A DNA stretch of 64,000 bases from Candidatus Latescibacterota bacterium (GTDB lineage: Bacteria; Latescibacterota; UBA2968; GCA-2709665). The first letter of the stretch is position 1. Each line of letters starts with the position of its first letter. This document shows positions 51,087 to 60,894 of this stretch, piece by piece. A program made the translations under genes and the position numbers. The notes under the pieces were generated by a model. The model had not been told where the DNA came from and made no database searches. It saw only the letters and a list, made by a program, of their open reading frames with translations. The stretch lies in contig OZ241917.1 in the NCBI GenBank assembly GCA_965203805.1, positions 2,112,001 through 2,176,000 of the forward strand. The letters are read 5' to 3'.

Positions 51087-51231
51087 GGACGGCCCGAAAC
51101 ACCCCCACCGGCCCGCCTGCATTTGCCGGGAAACAGCGATAGCGACCGATCCGAGAACTGCAGGGGCGGGGCAACGCACTGCCCTGCGCAAAAGGGTCGA
51201 CGCAGAATGACCGAAACGGGGTCCTGACCGC

Positions 51232-52185
51232 ATGCCCGCCGATCCGGAACACATCACGATTATCCGAAGCGGCGCCATTGGAGATTTCGTCCTGACGCTT
51301 CCCGCGGTGAACGCGTTGCAACTGGCTTACCCGCGCTCGCGTCTTCGACTCATCGGCAACCCCTCGATCCTGCGCCTTGGGCCCGTGAGAAACCTGATTG
51401 ACATCAACAGTGCCGAAATCGCCGGCCTGTACAATCCCGAAGGCGCCGTTCCCGAACGCACCCGGGCCCTCTTTGCCGGTGTCGACCTGCTTCTGGCCTA
51501 CGCCGTCGACCCGGACCGGCGGCTTCAAACGCGCCTCTCGGAGATTGTCCGCGGCCGGGCAATCGTATTCGATCCCCGCCCCAAACGGGACACCCACATT
51601 ACAGACCACCTGCTGGCGCCGCTCCACAGGATTTCCGTACCCGTGTCCGACCCGATCCCCAGGATCCCGTTGAACGAGATTGATTTGGATCATTCCCGCG
51701 GCATCCTTCAAAGACAACGTCTGCCTTCGCCCCTGGTCGCCATCCACCCGGGCAGCGGCGGCCGGGGAAAGTGCTGGCCATTACCGTCCTTTCTGAAGCT
51801 TGCCCGGAAACTCCGCGCCCGAGGCGCAGGTGTCTTCACGTTATGCGGGCCCGTGGAACGACAGAGGGTCGATGCGCTGCGGGCTCACGTTCCATCCCTG
51901 ATTCCCGGGGACCTTCGCAGCCTGGCGGGACTGCTGCGACACGCCGACCTTTTCGTTGGAAACGACTCCGGCCCGGGACACGTAGCCGCGGCGATCGGCA
52001 CCCCCACGCTAACCCTGTTCGGGCCCACGGACGCGGAAACGTGGGGCCCCCGGCACCCTCTCTCCCGCGTATTGAAGGCCCCGGACGGACACCTCCCGTC
52101 CCTTTCGGTCGAATCCGTCCTGCGGGCCGTGCTCGAAATGTTCGCGTCCGTACCGTCACGGCCACCCGATTCACAGCTGACGTGA
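51232..52185 (+). CDS. Glycosyltransferase family 9 (heptosyltransferase-like)
   Basis: GAIGDF, HPGSG..KCWP, GNDSGPGH and LFGPT motifs. Confidence 0.92.
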   Translation: MPADPEHITIIRSGAIGDFVLTLPAVNALQLAYPRSRLRLIGNPSILRLGPVRNLIDINSAEIAGLYNPEGAVPERTRALFAGVDLLLAYAVDPDRRLQTRLSEIVRGRAIVFDPRPKRDTHITDHLLAPLHRISVPVSDPIPRIPLNEIDLDHSRGILQRQRLPSPLVAIHPGSGGRGKCWPLPSFLKLARKLRARGAGVFTLCGPVERQRVDALRAHVPSLIPGDLRSLAGLLRHADLFVGNDSGPGHVAAAIGTPTLTLFGPTDAETWGPRHPLSRVLKAPDGHLPSLSVESVLRAVLEMFASVPSRPPDSQLT

Positions 52186-52328
52186 TCCTGTGTCGTCTTG
52201 ACACTCTTGTCTGTTCATCGTATTGAATTTGACAGCCCGGGACGAATGTGGGATATTACGAACGGGCATCGAAGGCGCATTGAGCCCGTCTTGTACGCAG
52301 GACGGGTACCCAAAACAAGGAGATTTGA

Positions 52329-53291
52329 ATGAGCGCCCTGCTCGACCTGACCTTTCGCGGGAATCGCCTGGCAGGATGCGTCGACGACGCCGGCGAACTG
52401 CGGCGTTCCAACGACATTGCGCACGATCCCGCGGCGCTGCACGCCCGCATGGCCGACGACGGCTACCTCTACCTGCCGGGGCTCCTCGATCCGGAAGAAG
52501 CGCTGGCAGCGCGCCTTGAAGTGATGAAGCGCCTCGCCGGGCTGGGCTCGGTGGATGAATCGCTTCCGCTTATCGAAGGGAAATACAAGCCGGGCGGCGG
52601 GCTCGGCGCGATGTTCGACTTCACACTCGATAATCCGGCCCTGATGAAACTCCTCTACGACGGCCCCATGATCCGGTTCTATGAACGATTCCTGGGCGGG
52701 CCCGTCACCCATTTCGATTATACATGGTTCCGGGTCAAGGCGCCGGGCGCCACGTCTCCCACCCAGCCCCACTACGACGTGGTCTATATGGGCCGCGGGA
52801 CCCCCCGGCTCTATACCTCCTGGACGCCGCTGGGGGACGTGCCGTTTGAAATGGGCGGTCTGATCATTCTGGAGAATTCACACAAGAGCGAACGCCTTCG
52901 GCACACGTATGCCCGCACCGACGTCGATAAATACTGCGAGAACGAAAACGAAGCCAGACGGATCGTGGAAGCCGCCAGGGTGCAGGAGCGCGAACTGACC
53001 GGCGAGGAACAGTCCCGGATCCGCTGGAATTCCACCGGGTCTTACGCGTCTGACGCCATTCAGGCCCGAAAGGAAATCGGCGGCCGCTGGGTGACGGCGG
53101 ACTACAAGCTGGGTGACGTGCTCGTCTTTTCGATGCGCACGCTGCATGCCAGTTCCGACAACCACACCGACCGGATCCGCATCTCGTCGGACTCGCGATA
53201 TCAACTCGCCTCCGAACCGCAGGACGAACGCTGGATCGGGACCAGCCCGCCGGCGCATGGCATACGAGCGAAACAGGGCATGATCTGCTGA
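52329..53291 (+). CDS. Phytanoyl-CoA dioxygenase (PhyH) family protein
   Basis: PHYD, WTPLGD, LHAS and RISSDSRYQ motifs. Confidence 0.9.
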   Translation: MSALLDLTFRGNRLAGCVDDAGELRRSNDIAHDPAALHARMADDGYLYLPGLLDPEEALAARLEVMKRLAGLGSVDESLPLIEGKYKPGGGLGAMFDFTLDNPALMKLLYDGPMIRFYERFLGGPVTHFDYTWFRVKAPGATSPTQPHYDVVYMGRGTPRLYTSWTPLGDVPFEMGGLIILENSHKSERLRHTYARTDVDKYCENENEARRIVEAARVQERELTGEEQSRIRWNSTGSYASDAIQARKEIGGRWVTADYKLGDVLVFSMRTLHASSDNHTDRIRISSDSRYQLASEPQDERWIGTSPPAHGIRAKQGMIC

Positions 53292-53375
53292 CGCCGCGGG
53301 CCGATGGCAGCCTGAATTCCCCGAAACGCGACCGCCGGCGGATCGGTTGAGAACTGCACAGGCAAGCCCTCCGGA

Positions 53376-55298
53376 TCAGAACATGGTTTCCGTCCCTTGT
53401 TCGCGCATCTGCCGCACGAACGAATTTCCCGAAAAGTCGCCGCGGACGGCCATGAAATCGGCCGTCACGTCCTCTTCCCCGCCGTCGGCGCCATAGCCGA
53501 TTGTCGCGGCGCCGGCAAACTCCTTTTCCGCATCCGCCAGCACCTTTTTCGTGGTCGAGGCGCGCGCCTTCCGGTGCGCCGCCCTCATTTCCTCGATGTC
53601 CTCCGCCGTCAGCGCCTCCACTCCGGCGCCGGTACGGTCCCTGTACGCCCGCCGCACCCATGCCCATTCGTCCGCTTCGTACATGCTGCCGGCCGTTTCG
53701 AATGCCGCATTGAACGCCGCGACCGTGTCGATGCTTCCGGACACGATATCCTCTTCAATTTGCGCCAGGCGCGCCCCGGCAAGCAGCAGGCCGCCCACGT
53801 CCGCCCAGCGTTCGTCGTACACCTCGCCTTCATCCGGCGCCAACGCCTTCCGGTCGGCAACCCTCCGGAGAACCCTTCCAATGAGGTACATATCGATCGC
53901 CGCGGCGTAATTCCTGATGCCGTGGCGCAACACGAGGCGCCGGATCCTTACACCGTTGTGGCGCACGTGTGCCACCTCGCGCGGCGTCTTATCGTAAAGC
54001 TCCTTCAACAGCGCCTCTCCCCGCGTCATCCGCTCGACCGTATAGGGACTGAATACCTCGTACCTGATCTGGTCCCGTTTGACGGAAGCCGTTCGCCTGT
54101 CCCGGTTCGGCCACTTTTCACCGTCACGGACGGTACCGACCGTGTGGAGGTTCATCGCAGGCGTGAGAAAACTGGCGCCCTTTTCTTCGACGACGTAGGA
54201 AAACGGCAAGTCCCGAGTGTCCAGATTCGTCATGTGTTTACCGATAACAACGCTGAACGGCCCCACGGCGCTCGGCAGCAGCAAATAGGAAGTCGATCCC
54301 GTTTTGCTGCCGCGTTCCAGCACACCCTGGTGCACGGGACCGAGCTTATACATATGGTTGCTCTGGTTGGTCCCGCTGCCGGCGTTATAGAACGAAAAGA
54401 GCCCGGCGATCAGCAACGTACTCCTGTGGTGCGTTACCGTGTAGGGGCCGCCGAATACGGAACAGGCTTCACCGTTGAAGCACTCCGAATTTGCGAAGAA
54501 GAGAGAATTCTCGGCCGAAAACTGCTTCCCGATTTCTACCCCCTGTCCGATAAAGCATCTGTTGATGATGGCGCCGCTATCCACACGGGAGCCTTCGCAA
54601 ATGATGAAATCCTCGGCCACAACGGATGCGCCAACCCGTGTCTGCGCGTCCGCCTCGCTCAGGACGGTTCCGTTCTTGAGCATGGCCGCCCCTGCAACCA
54701 CCGCGCAGGAGCCGATATTCACGTCGACAATCTCATTCACATGCGCAACGACGGCGCGGTCGCCAACCGTTCCCGCGTCCGAGGAAACTTCCGCGACAAA
54801 TGCCTTCGCCATTGCCAGCAGGCGCTCGGTCATCTCCGCTCGATACCGGTGCATGCTTAGCAGGTATGCAAACTGGCAGGACATCTCGTTGAACATGGGC
54901 ACCTCACGCCCGCCCCCCTCGTTTACAGGTTCCAAGACCACGCCGTTCCCGAACGTCGCGCCGGCGCGCGTCGTGATCTGCCCCACGTCGGTTACGACCG
55001 CCCCATCCCCGATCCGGTAGTTCGCGAGGTGACTCCGGACACGCGTCACCCGCACATTGTCCCCCAGTTCGCAGTTGATCAGCGTGGCATCGGAGATTTC
55101 CGCCGGTAAATCCACACCTGCGAACGATACGGTACCTTCCAGGACGCCCAATCTTACCCGCCCACCAAAAACCGCATTCTTCACGCGACCCGGATCGAAT
55201 CCGTGCTTCACCGCCACCATCGACCAATCCGCGGCCGTGCATCCGTTTCGTTGCAGCGCCGCGACCTCAGCCCCGGAAAGCGAACGATAGCCGGCCAT
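53376..55298 (-). CDS. DUF4954-family left-handed beta-helix protein
   Basis: NEGGGREV, FSAENSLFFANSE, GPYTVTHHRSTLLI and GSGTNQSNHMYKLGP motifs, with RBS aaggagg. Confidence 0.85.
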   Translation of the reverse strand: MAGYRSLSGAEVAALQRNGCTAADWSMVAVKHGFDPGRVKNAVFGGRVRLGVLEGTVSFAGVDLPAEISDATLINCELGDNVRVTRVRSHLANYRIGDGAVVTDVGQITTRAGATFGNGVVLEPVNEGGGREVPMFNEMSCQFAYLLSMHRYRAEMTERLLAMAKAFVAEVSSDAGTVGDRAVVAHVNEIVDVNIGSCAVVAGAAMLKNGTVLSEADAQTRVGASVVAEDFIICEGSRVDSGAIINRCFIGQGVEIGKQFSAENSLFFANSECFNGEACSVFGGPYTVTHHRSTLLIAGLFSFYNAGSGTNQSNHMYKLGPVHQGVLERGSKTGSTSYLLLPSAVGPFSVVIGKHMTNLDTRDLPFSYVVEEKGASFLTPAMNLHTVGTVRDGEKWPNRDRRTASVKRDQIRYEVFSPYTVERMTRGEALLKELYDKTPREVAHVRHNGVRIRRLVLRHGIRNYAAAIDMYLIGRVLRRVADRKALAPDEGEVYDERWADVGGLLLAGARLAQIEEDIVSGSIDTVAAFNAAFETAGSMYEADEWAWVRRAYRDRTGAGVEALTAEDIEEMRAAHRKARASTTKKVLADAEKEFAGAATIGYGADGGEEDVTADFMAVRGDFSGNSFVRQMREQGTETMF

Positions 55299-55382
55299 AT
55301 GTGATTTCCCTCCTTTTCCATACCAATTCCGTGGCGCGTATCTTACTGAAAAACCGGTCATTACTGAGAATTACAGACGGGT

Positions 55383-55496
55383 AAGATATCCAGCTCCGTG
55401 CCCGACGGCAAGCGTTTTCTAGGGAATTCCGGTGCGTTCTTCCTCTTCATGTCGAAGGGCAAAACGCTTTACTTCAATCCGACCCTTTGGTATATT
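55383..55496. promoter_or_regulatory. Divergent promoters for the DUF4954 gene and nagB
   Basis: Minus strand: TTGCCG-N17-TATCTT (55411-55383). Plus strand: TTTACT-N17-TATATT (55468-55496) with an extended TG. Confidence 0.55.
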
Positions 55497-55548
55497 GGCT
55501 GTCCTCAATAGTCCATCGTCCGTACAATCATTCGGCGAAAGGACGGCA

Positions 55549-56298
55549 ATGGCCGGCGGCATCAAACTCAGAGTATGCGAGACCAGCGCCGAGGTGGCGG
55601 TGGAAGCGTCGGAAATCATCGCAAATCTGGTCCGCGTCCGGCCAAATGCAGTGATCGGACTGGCGACCGGATCGACGCCGGAACAGACCTACGCCAGACT
55701 CGCGGAGCAGCACGACGGCGAGGGCCTTGAATTCCGCCGGGTGACCTCGTTCAACCTGGACGAATACTGGGGCCTGGATGGCGATCACGACCAGAGCTAC
55801 CGGTATTTCATGAACGACCGTCTGTTCCGGAAGATCGACATCCGGCCCTGGAACACGCATGTACTGAACGGTACCGCCGCCAATCCCGACCTGGAATGCC
55901 GGGCCTTCGAAACCGGCATCCTCGCGGCGGGCGGCATCGACCTCTGGCTGCTCGGCATCGGCACGAACGGTCATGTCGCGTTCAACGAACCCGGCAGCCC
56001 GGTGGACAGCCGGACGCGCCTCGTGAACCTGGCTCCCAGCACAATCGAGGCGAACAGCGACGGCCGTTTCTTCAAAGATGCCGCAAGCGTCCCGCGATTC
56101 GCCCTCTCGGTTGGAATCGGCACGATCCGCGAGGCCCGGCGCATTCTCCTGCTGGCCACGGGCGACCAGAAGGCTGGCGCCGTCGCACAGGCTCTGGAAG
56201 GACCTCCCACAACGGACTGCCCCGCCAGCCTGCTGCAGAGCCATCCGGACTGTACATTTATCGTGGACCGTGAAGCGGCGTCAATGCTCGCATCCTGA
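55549..56298 (+). CDS. nagB: Glucosamine-6-phosphate deaminase
   Basis: GLATGSTP, FNLDEY, GIGTNGHVAFNEP and PASLLQ motifs. Confidence 0.96.
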   Translation: MAGGIKLRVCETSAEVAVEASEIIANLVRVRPNAVIGLATGSTPEQTYARLAEQHDGEGLEFRRVTSFNLDEYWGLDGDHDQSYRYFMNDRLFRKIDIRPWNTHVLNGTAANPDLECRAFETGILAAGGIDLWLLGIGTNGHVAFNEPGSPVDSRTRLVNLAPSTIEANSDGRFFKDAASVPRFALSVGIGTIREARRILLLATGDQKAGAVAQALEGPPTTDCPASLLQSHPDCTFIVDREAASMLAS

Positions 56299-56382
56299 CA
56301 GAACCGGCCAACGAGAGCACACGTCGCACTGCGGCGCGACGGAGAATCCTTCAAACCATTCTGCAATTTCACGGAGCGTCAA

Positions 56383-56628
56383 ATGGATCGCGAAGAGATC
56401 AAGGCAGGCGTGTACCGGGTCATATCCAGCGTTCTAGGAATCGACACAACCGAGGTGTCGGAAAACCAGAGCTTCACGGCCGACCTCGGCGCCGAGTCTG
56501 TGCAATCCGTAGAACTCATGGCCGGCTTTGAAGAAGCGTTCGATATAGAAATGGACGAAGATGAAGCCCTGGCCGTGCAATCCGTAGGCGGCGCCATCGA
56601 CTTCATCGCAAAGTACGTAAACAATTGA
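56383..56628 (+). CDS. Acyl carrier protein (atypical)
   Basis: Acidic 81 aa with DLGAESVQSVELM..FEEAFDI; the phosphopantetheine Ser position is retained. Confidence 0.88.
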   Translation: MDREEIKAGVYRVISSVLGIDTTEVSENQSFTADLGAESVQSVELMAGFEEAFDIEMDEDEALAVQSVGGAIDFIAKYVNN

Positions 56629-56668
56629 TTTGGAAACACTTGTCCCCGATTATGCAGGAGCGTTCCCC

Positions 56669-58060
56669 ATGAAGACAGCAGACCTGATCGAGGTCGACGA
56701 GCCCAATCTCCTCGACGAGCAATTCGACTACAATCTGCCGCCCAGGATTCTGTTCGACGGTCCTCTGTACGAAGAAATCGGCGACCGGATCGTCAGATTC
56801 GATCCGGAAGAAGCCCTCGCAAGGGACCTCGTCATCACCGACACCACATTTCGGGACGGCCAGCAGGCCCGGCCTCCGTATACGGTGGAACAGCAGGTCA
56901 GACTCTACGATATGATGGCCAGGCTCGGCGGGCCGAACGGCGTGATCCGACAGACCGAGTTCTTCCTCTATACGAGAAACGACCGGCGCACGCTGGAAGA
57001 GTGCCGTGCGCTCGGGCACCGTTTCCCCGAAATCACTTCCTGGATTCGCGCGGACAAGGGTGACTTCAGGCTGGTCAGGGAAGCCGGTGTTCGGGAAACC
57101 GGGATGCTTACGCCCAGCTCCGACTATCATATCTTTTATAAGTTGAAAAAAGACCGCAGGAAAGCGTTCAACGACTACCTGGAAGTCGTCGAAGCCGCCT
57201 GGGAAGCCGGCATCCGGCCGCGCTGCCACCTGGAGGACGTGACGCGTGCGGACGTCGAAGGCTACGTGCTGCCCTTTGTCCAGGAACTGATGCGCCGTTC
57301 CGAGCAGGTGCCGCCGGAACTCCACGCGAAAATCCGTCTTTGCGACACCATGGGCTTCGGAATAAGCTATCCCGGCGCAGGCCTTCCTCGTTCAATTCCC
57401 AAGCTCGTCTACCTAATGACCAACGACGGCGGGGTTCCGCACGATTGCCTCGAATGGCACGGACACAACGACTTCCACAAGGTCCATGTCAATGGGGCGA
57501 CCGCGTGGTTGTACGGATGCAATGCGCTCAACACCACGTTGTTCGGTTTCGGCGAACGGACCGGCAACCCGCCCCTCGAAGGGGCGATACTCGAATACAT
57601 CGGCCTTCACGGCAGCCTCCGCGGCATCGATACCATGATGATTCAGGAAATGGCCGATTACATGCGTTCCATCGGGGTGGACATTGCGCCGAACTACCCG
57701 TTTGTCGGCAGGGACTTCAACACCACGCGGGCCGGCATCCACGCGGGCGGGCTGCGGTCCGATGAACGCATCTACAACATTTTCGATACCACCGCCCTGT
57801 TCGGCCGCCCGCCCCGGGTGGCCATTACGGACAAAACCGGCGTGGACGGGGTCGCCCTCTGGGTCAACGAATTCCTGGGTCTCAAGGGCAACGACCGGCT
57901 CAGCAAAATCAGAGTGCACAAAATCGCCCGCTGGGTTATGGATCAGTACGAAGTGCACGGCCGGATGAGCGCGATCACCGACGAGGAACTGGAAGAACAG
58001 GTCAAAGTCAACCTGCCCGACCGGTACGCGACCTATCAGGCCGGCCGCAAGGCAGGCTGA
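56669..58060 (+). CDS. DRE-TIM metallolyase, Re-citrate-synthase-like
   Basis: ITDTTFRDGQQARPPY, RCHLEDVTRAD, EWHGHNDF, GERTGN and TRAGIHA motifs. Confidence 0.85.
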   Translation: MKTADLIEVDEPNLLDEQFDYNLPPRILFDGPLYEEIGDRIVRFDPEEALARDLVITDTTFRDGQQARPPYTVEQQVRLYDMMARLGGPNGVIRQTEFFLYTRNDRRTLEECRALGHRFPEITSWIRADKGDFRLVREAGVRETGMLTPSSDYHIFYKLKKDRRKAFNDYLEVVEAAWEAGIRPRCHLEDVTRADVEGYVLPFVQELMRRSEQVPPELHAKIRLCDTMGFGISYPGAGLPRSIPKLVYLMTNDGGVPHDCLEWHGHNDFHKVHVNGATAWLYGCNALNTTLFGFGERTGNPPLEGAILEYIGLHGSLRGIDTMMIQEMADYMRSIGVDIAPNYPFVGRDFNTTRAGIHAGGLRSDERIYNIFDTTALFGRPPRVAITDKTGVDGVALWVNEFLGLKGNDRLSKIRVHKIARWVMDQYEVHGRMSAITDEELEEQVKVNLPDRYATYQAGRKAG

Positions 58061-58102
58061 TCGCCCGTTTCACCTCAAATCGCCGGCTTCCGGCGGCATA
58101 TC

Positions 58103-59122
58103 GTGACGACCCGCACCGTCTCCCACACCCATCTGAACGCCTGTTGCGTTGACCTCCTGATAGCAGCGGGTGTGCCTGAACCCGACGCCCGAATCACGGC
58201 CCGCATCCAGGTTGAAGCGGATCTCCGCGGCGTACACTCCCATGGTGCGCGCGGAATTGCGGGCTATATCCGCCAGATCCTGAAAGGCGAGATCAACCCG
58301 GAAGCCCGCCCCCGCATCCTGAGCGAGGGGGCCGCGTACGTTCACATCGACGCGGATAACGCCCTCGGACAGGTTGCCGCGTACGGCGCGATGAAGCGCG
58401 CCATCCGGAAAGCCGAAGGCGCGGGCATCGGGATGGCCTCGGTCCGCAACACCAATCACTATGGCGCCGCGGCCTTCTACGCCAACATGGCGGCCGAGGC
58501 CCGTATGGTGGGCTTCAACACCACCGGCGGACGCAAGAACCGGGGCAACATGGCGCCGTACGGGAGCATCGAACCCGCCATCGGAAACGCGCCGTTCGCC
58601 TACGGCATCCCCGCAGGCCGTGAACGCCCCATCATCCTCGACATGGCCACCGGGGTGGTTGCCGCCGGCAAGATCGCCGTCGCCCGCGACCGTGGCCGGA
58701 AAATCCCCCTGGGCTGGGCACTCGACGCGGCGGGCCGACCGACCGACGACCCGGCGGAGGCGCGGATCGTCCTGCCCCTCGGACCGAAGGGGTCGGGCCT
58801 CGCCATCGTGATGCAATGTATCGGCGGCATCCTGGCCGGCGCCGCCTTTCCGGACGTGGAAAAATTCGGTTATTTGTTCATCGCGATCAGGATTTCCACG
58901 TTCGCCGATCCTGAGATCTTCGCGACGGAAGTCGACGCGCGAATCCGGACCATCCGTGAGGCCAGACCCGCGGAGGGGGTCGACCGCGTCTACTACCCCG
59001 GAGAACCCGAATGGATCGCTCGCGCGCGAAACCTCGAAAACGGCATCCCCATGCTGCTTCCGCATCTGAACGACCTGGACGCCGTTGCGGCCGAACTGGG
59101 CGTTTCGAATCGATTCGGATGA
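58103..59122 (+). CDS. Ldh_2 family (type-2 malate/L-lactate dehydrogenase-like) oxidoreductase
   Basis: ADLRGVHSHG, NHYGAA, IGNAP, LDMAT and KGSGL motifs. Confidence 0.92.
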   Translation: MTTRTVSHTHLNACCVDLLIAAGVPEPDARITARIQVEADLRGVHSHGARGIAGYIRQILKGEINPEARPRILSEGAAYVHIDADNALGQVAAYGAMKRAIRKAEGAGIGMASVRNTNHYGAAAFYANMAAEARMVGFNTTGGRKNRGNMAPYGSIEPAIGNAPFAYGIPAGRERPIILDMATGVVAAGKIAVARDRGRKIPLGWALDAAGRPTDDPAEARIVLPLGPKGSGLAIVMQCIGGILAGAAFPDVEKFGYLFIAIRISTFADPEIFATEVDARIRTIREARPAEGVDRVYYPGEPEWIARARNLENGIPMLLPHLNDLDAVAAELGVSNRFG

Positions 59123-59198
59123 CGCTCCCGACGTCCGGTCCTGAAGCCACGTCGTCCCGGTCCGTCTTCGATGCCCCTTCCCCCACTGCGAACAACGC

Positions 59199-59933
59199 AT
59201 GGACATCCTCGTCCTGACAGCCACCGCTCTCGAGCAGGAAACGCTCCGCGGCAGCATTCGGAATCCGGCCACGCGGACGTTCGCCCACCGCGCGCGCGCA
59301 GAGGGCCGGCTGGGGGCCCGCCGCATCGCCCTGATCGAGACCGGTATCGGCGCCGTCAACACGGCCCAGGCGCTGACCGCCGTCCTGGAATCCGCCCGCC
59401 CGCAATTCGTTCTGCAGGTCGGCGTCGGCGGCGCTTACGCCGGGGCAAAACTGAACGTGGGCGACCTTGCCGTGGCCACCGAGGAGAACGACGGGGAACT
59501 GGGGATTCTCGCCCCCGACGGATGGCTTCCGGCGGATAACATCGGCATCCCCGTCCTCAAGAACAACCGAGACCTCTACAATACCTTTCCGCTCGATACG
59601 GCCCTCGCCCGCCGCGCGACAACCCTGATCCTCGATGCCGACCGTCCGTGCGGCGCCCCGGCCGTGCGCGCAGGTCCTTTTGTCACCGTACAACAGTGCA
59701 GCGGCCTCGCCGCCAGGGGCGCCGAACTCGCGGCGCGGTACAGCGCCATCTGTGAGAATATGGAAGGCGCGGCTGCGGCGCAACTCTGCACGCTGTACGA
59801 GGTTCCGTTCGTCGAGCTTCGAGGCATCAGCAACCTCGTCGAAGACCGGAACACAGACGCCTGGAATCTCTCTCTGGCCTCCCGGAACGCACAGCAGGCT
59901 GCCCGAGTACTGATAGAAAACCTGGACCTGTGA
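59199..59933 (+). CDS. mqnB: Futalosine hydrolase
   Basis: PNP/MTAN fold, GPFVTV..CSG, ENMEGAA and RGISNLVEDR..W motifs, adjacent to mqnD. Confidence 0.9.
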   Translation: MDILVLTATALEQETLRGSIRNPATRTFAHRARAEGRLGARRIALIETGIGAVNTAQALTAVLESARPQFVLQVGVGGAYAGAKLNVGDLAVATEENDGELGILAPDGWLPADNIGIPVLKNNRDLYNTFPLDTALARRATTLILDADRPCGAPAVRAGPFVTVQQCSGLAARGAELAARYSAICENMEGAAAAQLCTLYEVPFVELRGISNLVEDRNTDAWNLSLASRNAQQAARVLIENLDL

Positions 59934-60042
59934 ACCGCAAGTCGCATACCGGTACGGCACACCCCGTCCGCCGGGATATCCAGAAACGACTGCCGTCCCG
60001 TTGTCCCGGCCGCCGTTCGGTTTCGCGCATCTCGAGGAACTC

Positions 60043-60876
60043 ATGGCTTCCGTTTCGCTCGGCTACTCACCCAGCCCGAACGATACCTGCATCTTTTTCG
60101 GCCTTCAACAGGGCAAAATTCCCGGCGCGCCCCGGTTCGAGACGCGCCTCGAAGATATCGAAACCCTCAACCGGCTGGCCACGGATGGCCGATTGGACGT
60201 CACCAAGGTCTCCTTCCACGCCCTCGGCCGCCTCCGGGACCGGTACTGCCTCCTCCATTCGGGCGGCGCGATGGGCCGGGGCTGCGGTCCGCTCGTCGTG
60301 GCCGCCAGACCACTTCATCCGTCGGAGTTGCCTGGCGAGACAATCGCGATTCCCGGAAAACTCACCACCGCGTCGCTGCTGCTGCGGCTGTTCGAACCCG
60401 CCCTGGAAAATCTCGTCGTTCTGCCTTATCACCGCATCATGGACGCCGTCCGGAGGGGCGAAGCCGGCGCGGGGCTCATCATACACGAAAGCCGGTTTAC
60501 CTTTCCGGAATTCGGACTGCACGAAGTCCTCGACTTGGGCGAATGGTGGGAACGCACCACCCGCCGCCCCATTCCGCTGGGAGGCATCCTCGCCCGCCGG
60601 GACCTGGGCGCCGACAGGATCCTGGCCATTGATCATGCGGTACGGGGCAGTGTGGAATACGCCCGCGCCCATGCCGGCGAGGTCCGGAAACACATCCTGC
60701 GGCAAACCCCGGACATGGACGCGCCCCTCGCAAGACGGTTCATCGATCTGTACGTCAACGCGTATACCCAGGACTACGGTCCCGACGGCGAGGCCGCCAT
60801 TGCCGATCTCTTCGCCCGAGCCGAAACCGCGGGCATCATTCCTGCATCGGACAAAACCCTCTTTATCGACCGGTAA
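60043..60876 (+). CDS. mqnD: 1,4-dihydroxy-6-naphthoate synthase
   Basis: SPxPNDT, DIETLN, GRGCGPL, IIHESRFT, PIPLGG and IDLYVN motifs. Confidence 0.92.
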   Translation: MASVSLGYSPSPNDTCIFFGLQQGKIPGAPRFETRLEDIETLNRLATDGRLDVTKVSFHALGRLRDRYCLLHSGGAMGRGCGPLVVAARPLHPSELPGETIAIPGKLTTASLLLRLFEPALENLVVLPYHRIMDAVRRGEAGAGLIIHESRFTFPEFGLHEVLDLGEWWERTTRRPIPLGGILARRDLGADRILAIDHAVRGSVEYARAHAGEVRKHILRQTPDMDAPLARRFIDLYVNAYTQDYGPDGEAAIADLFARAETAGIIPASDKTLFIDR

Positions 60877-60894
60877 GTGAAAGGAGCCGCACCC

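Noticed and set aside
53280-53330. Selenocysteine read-through at Cys-TGA ending the second PhyH gene
   Set aside because: There is no convincing SECIS hairpin and the protein is already full length.
53397-54860. 487-aa plus-strand ORF
   Set aside because: It is antisense to the DUF4954 gene and has no motifs.
60043-60090. MqnD SPSPND instead of SPCPND as a sign of inactivation
   Set aside because: It is a conservative change and the other motifs, including the IIHE His, are intact, so there is too little to support a claim.
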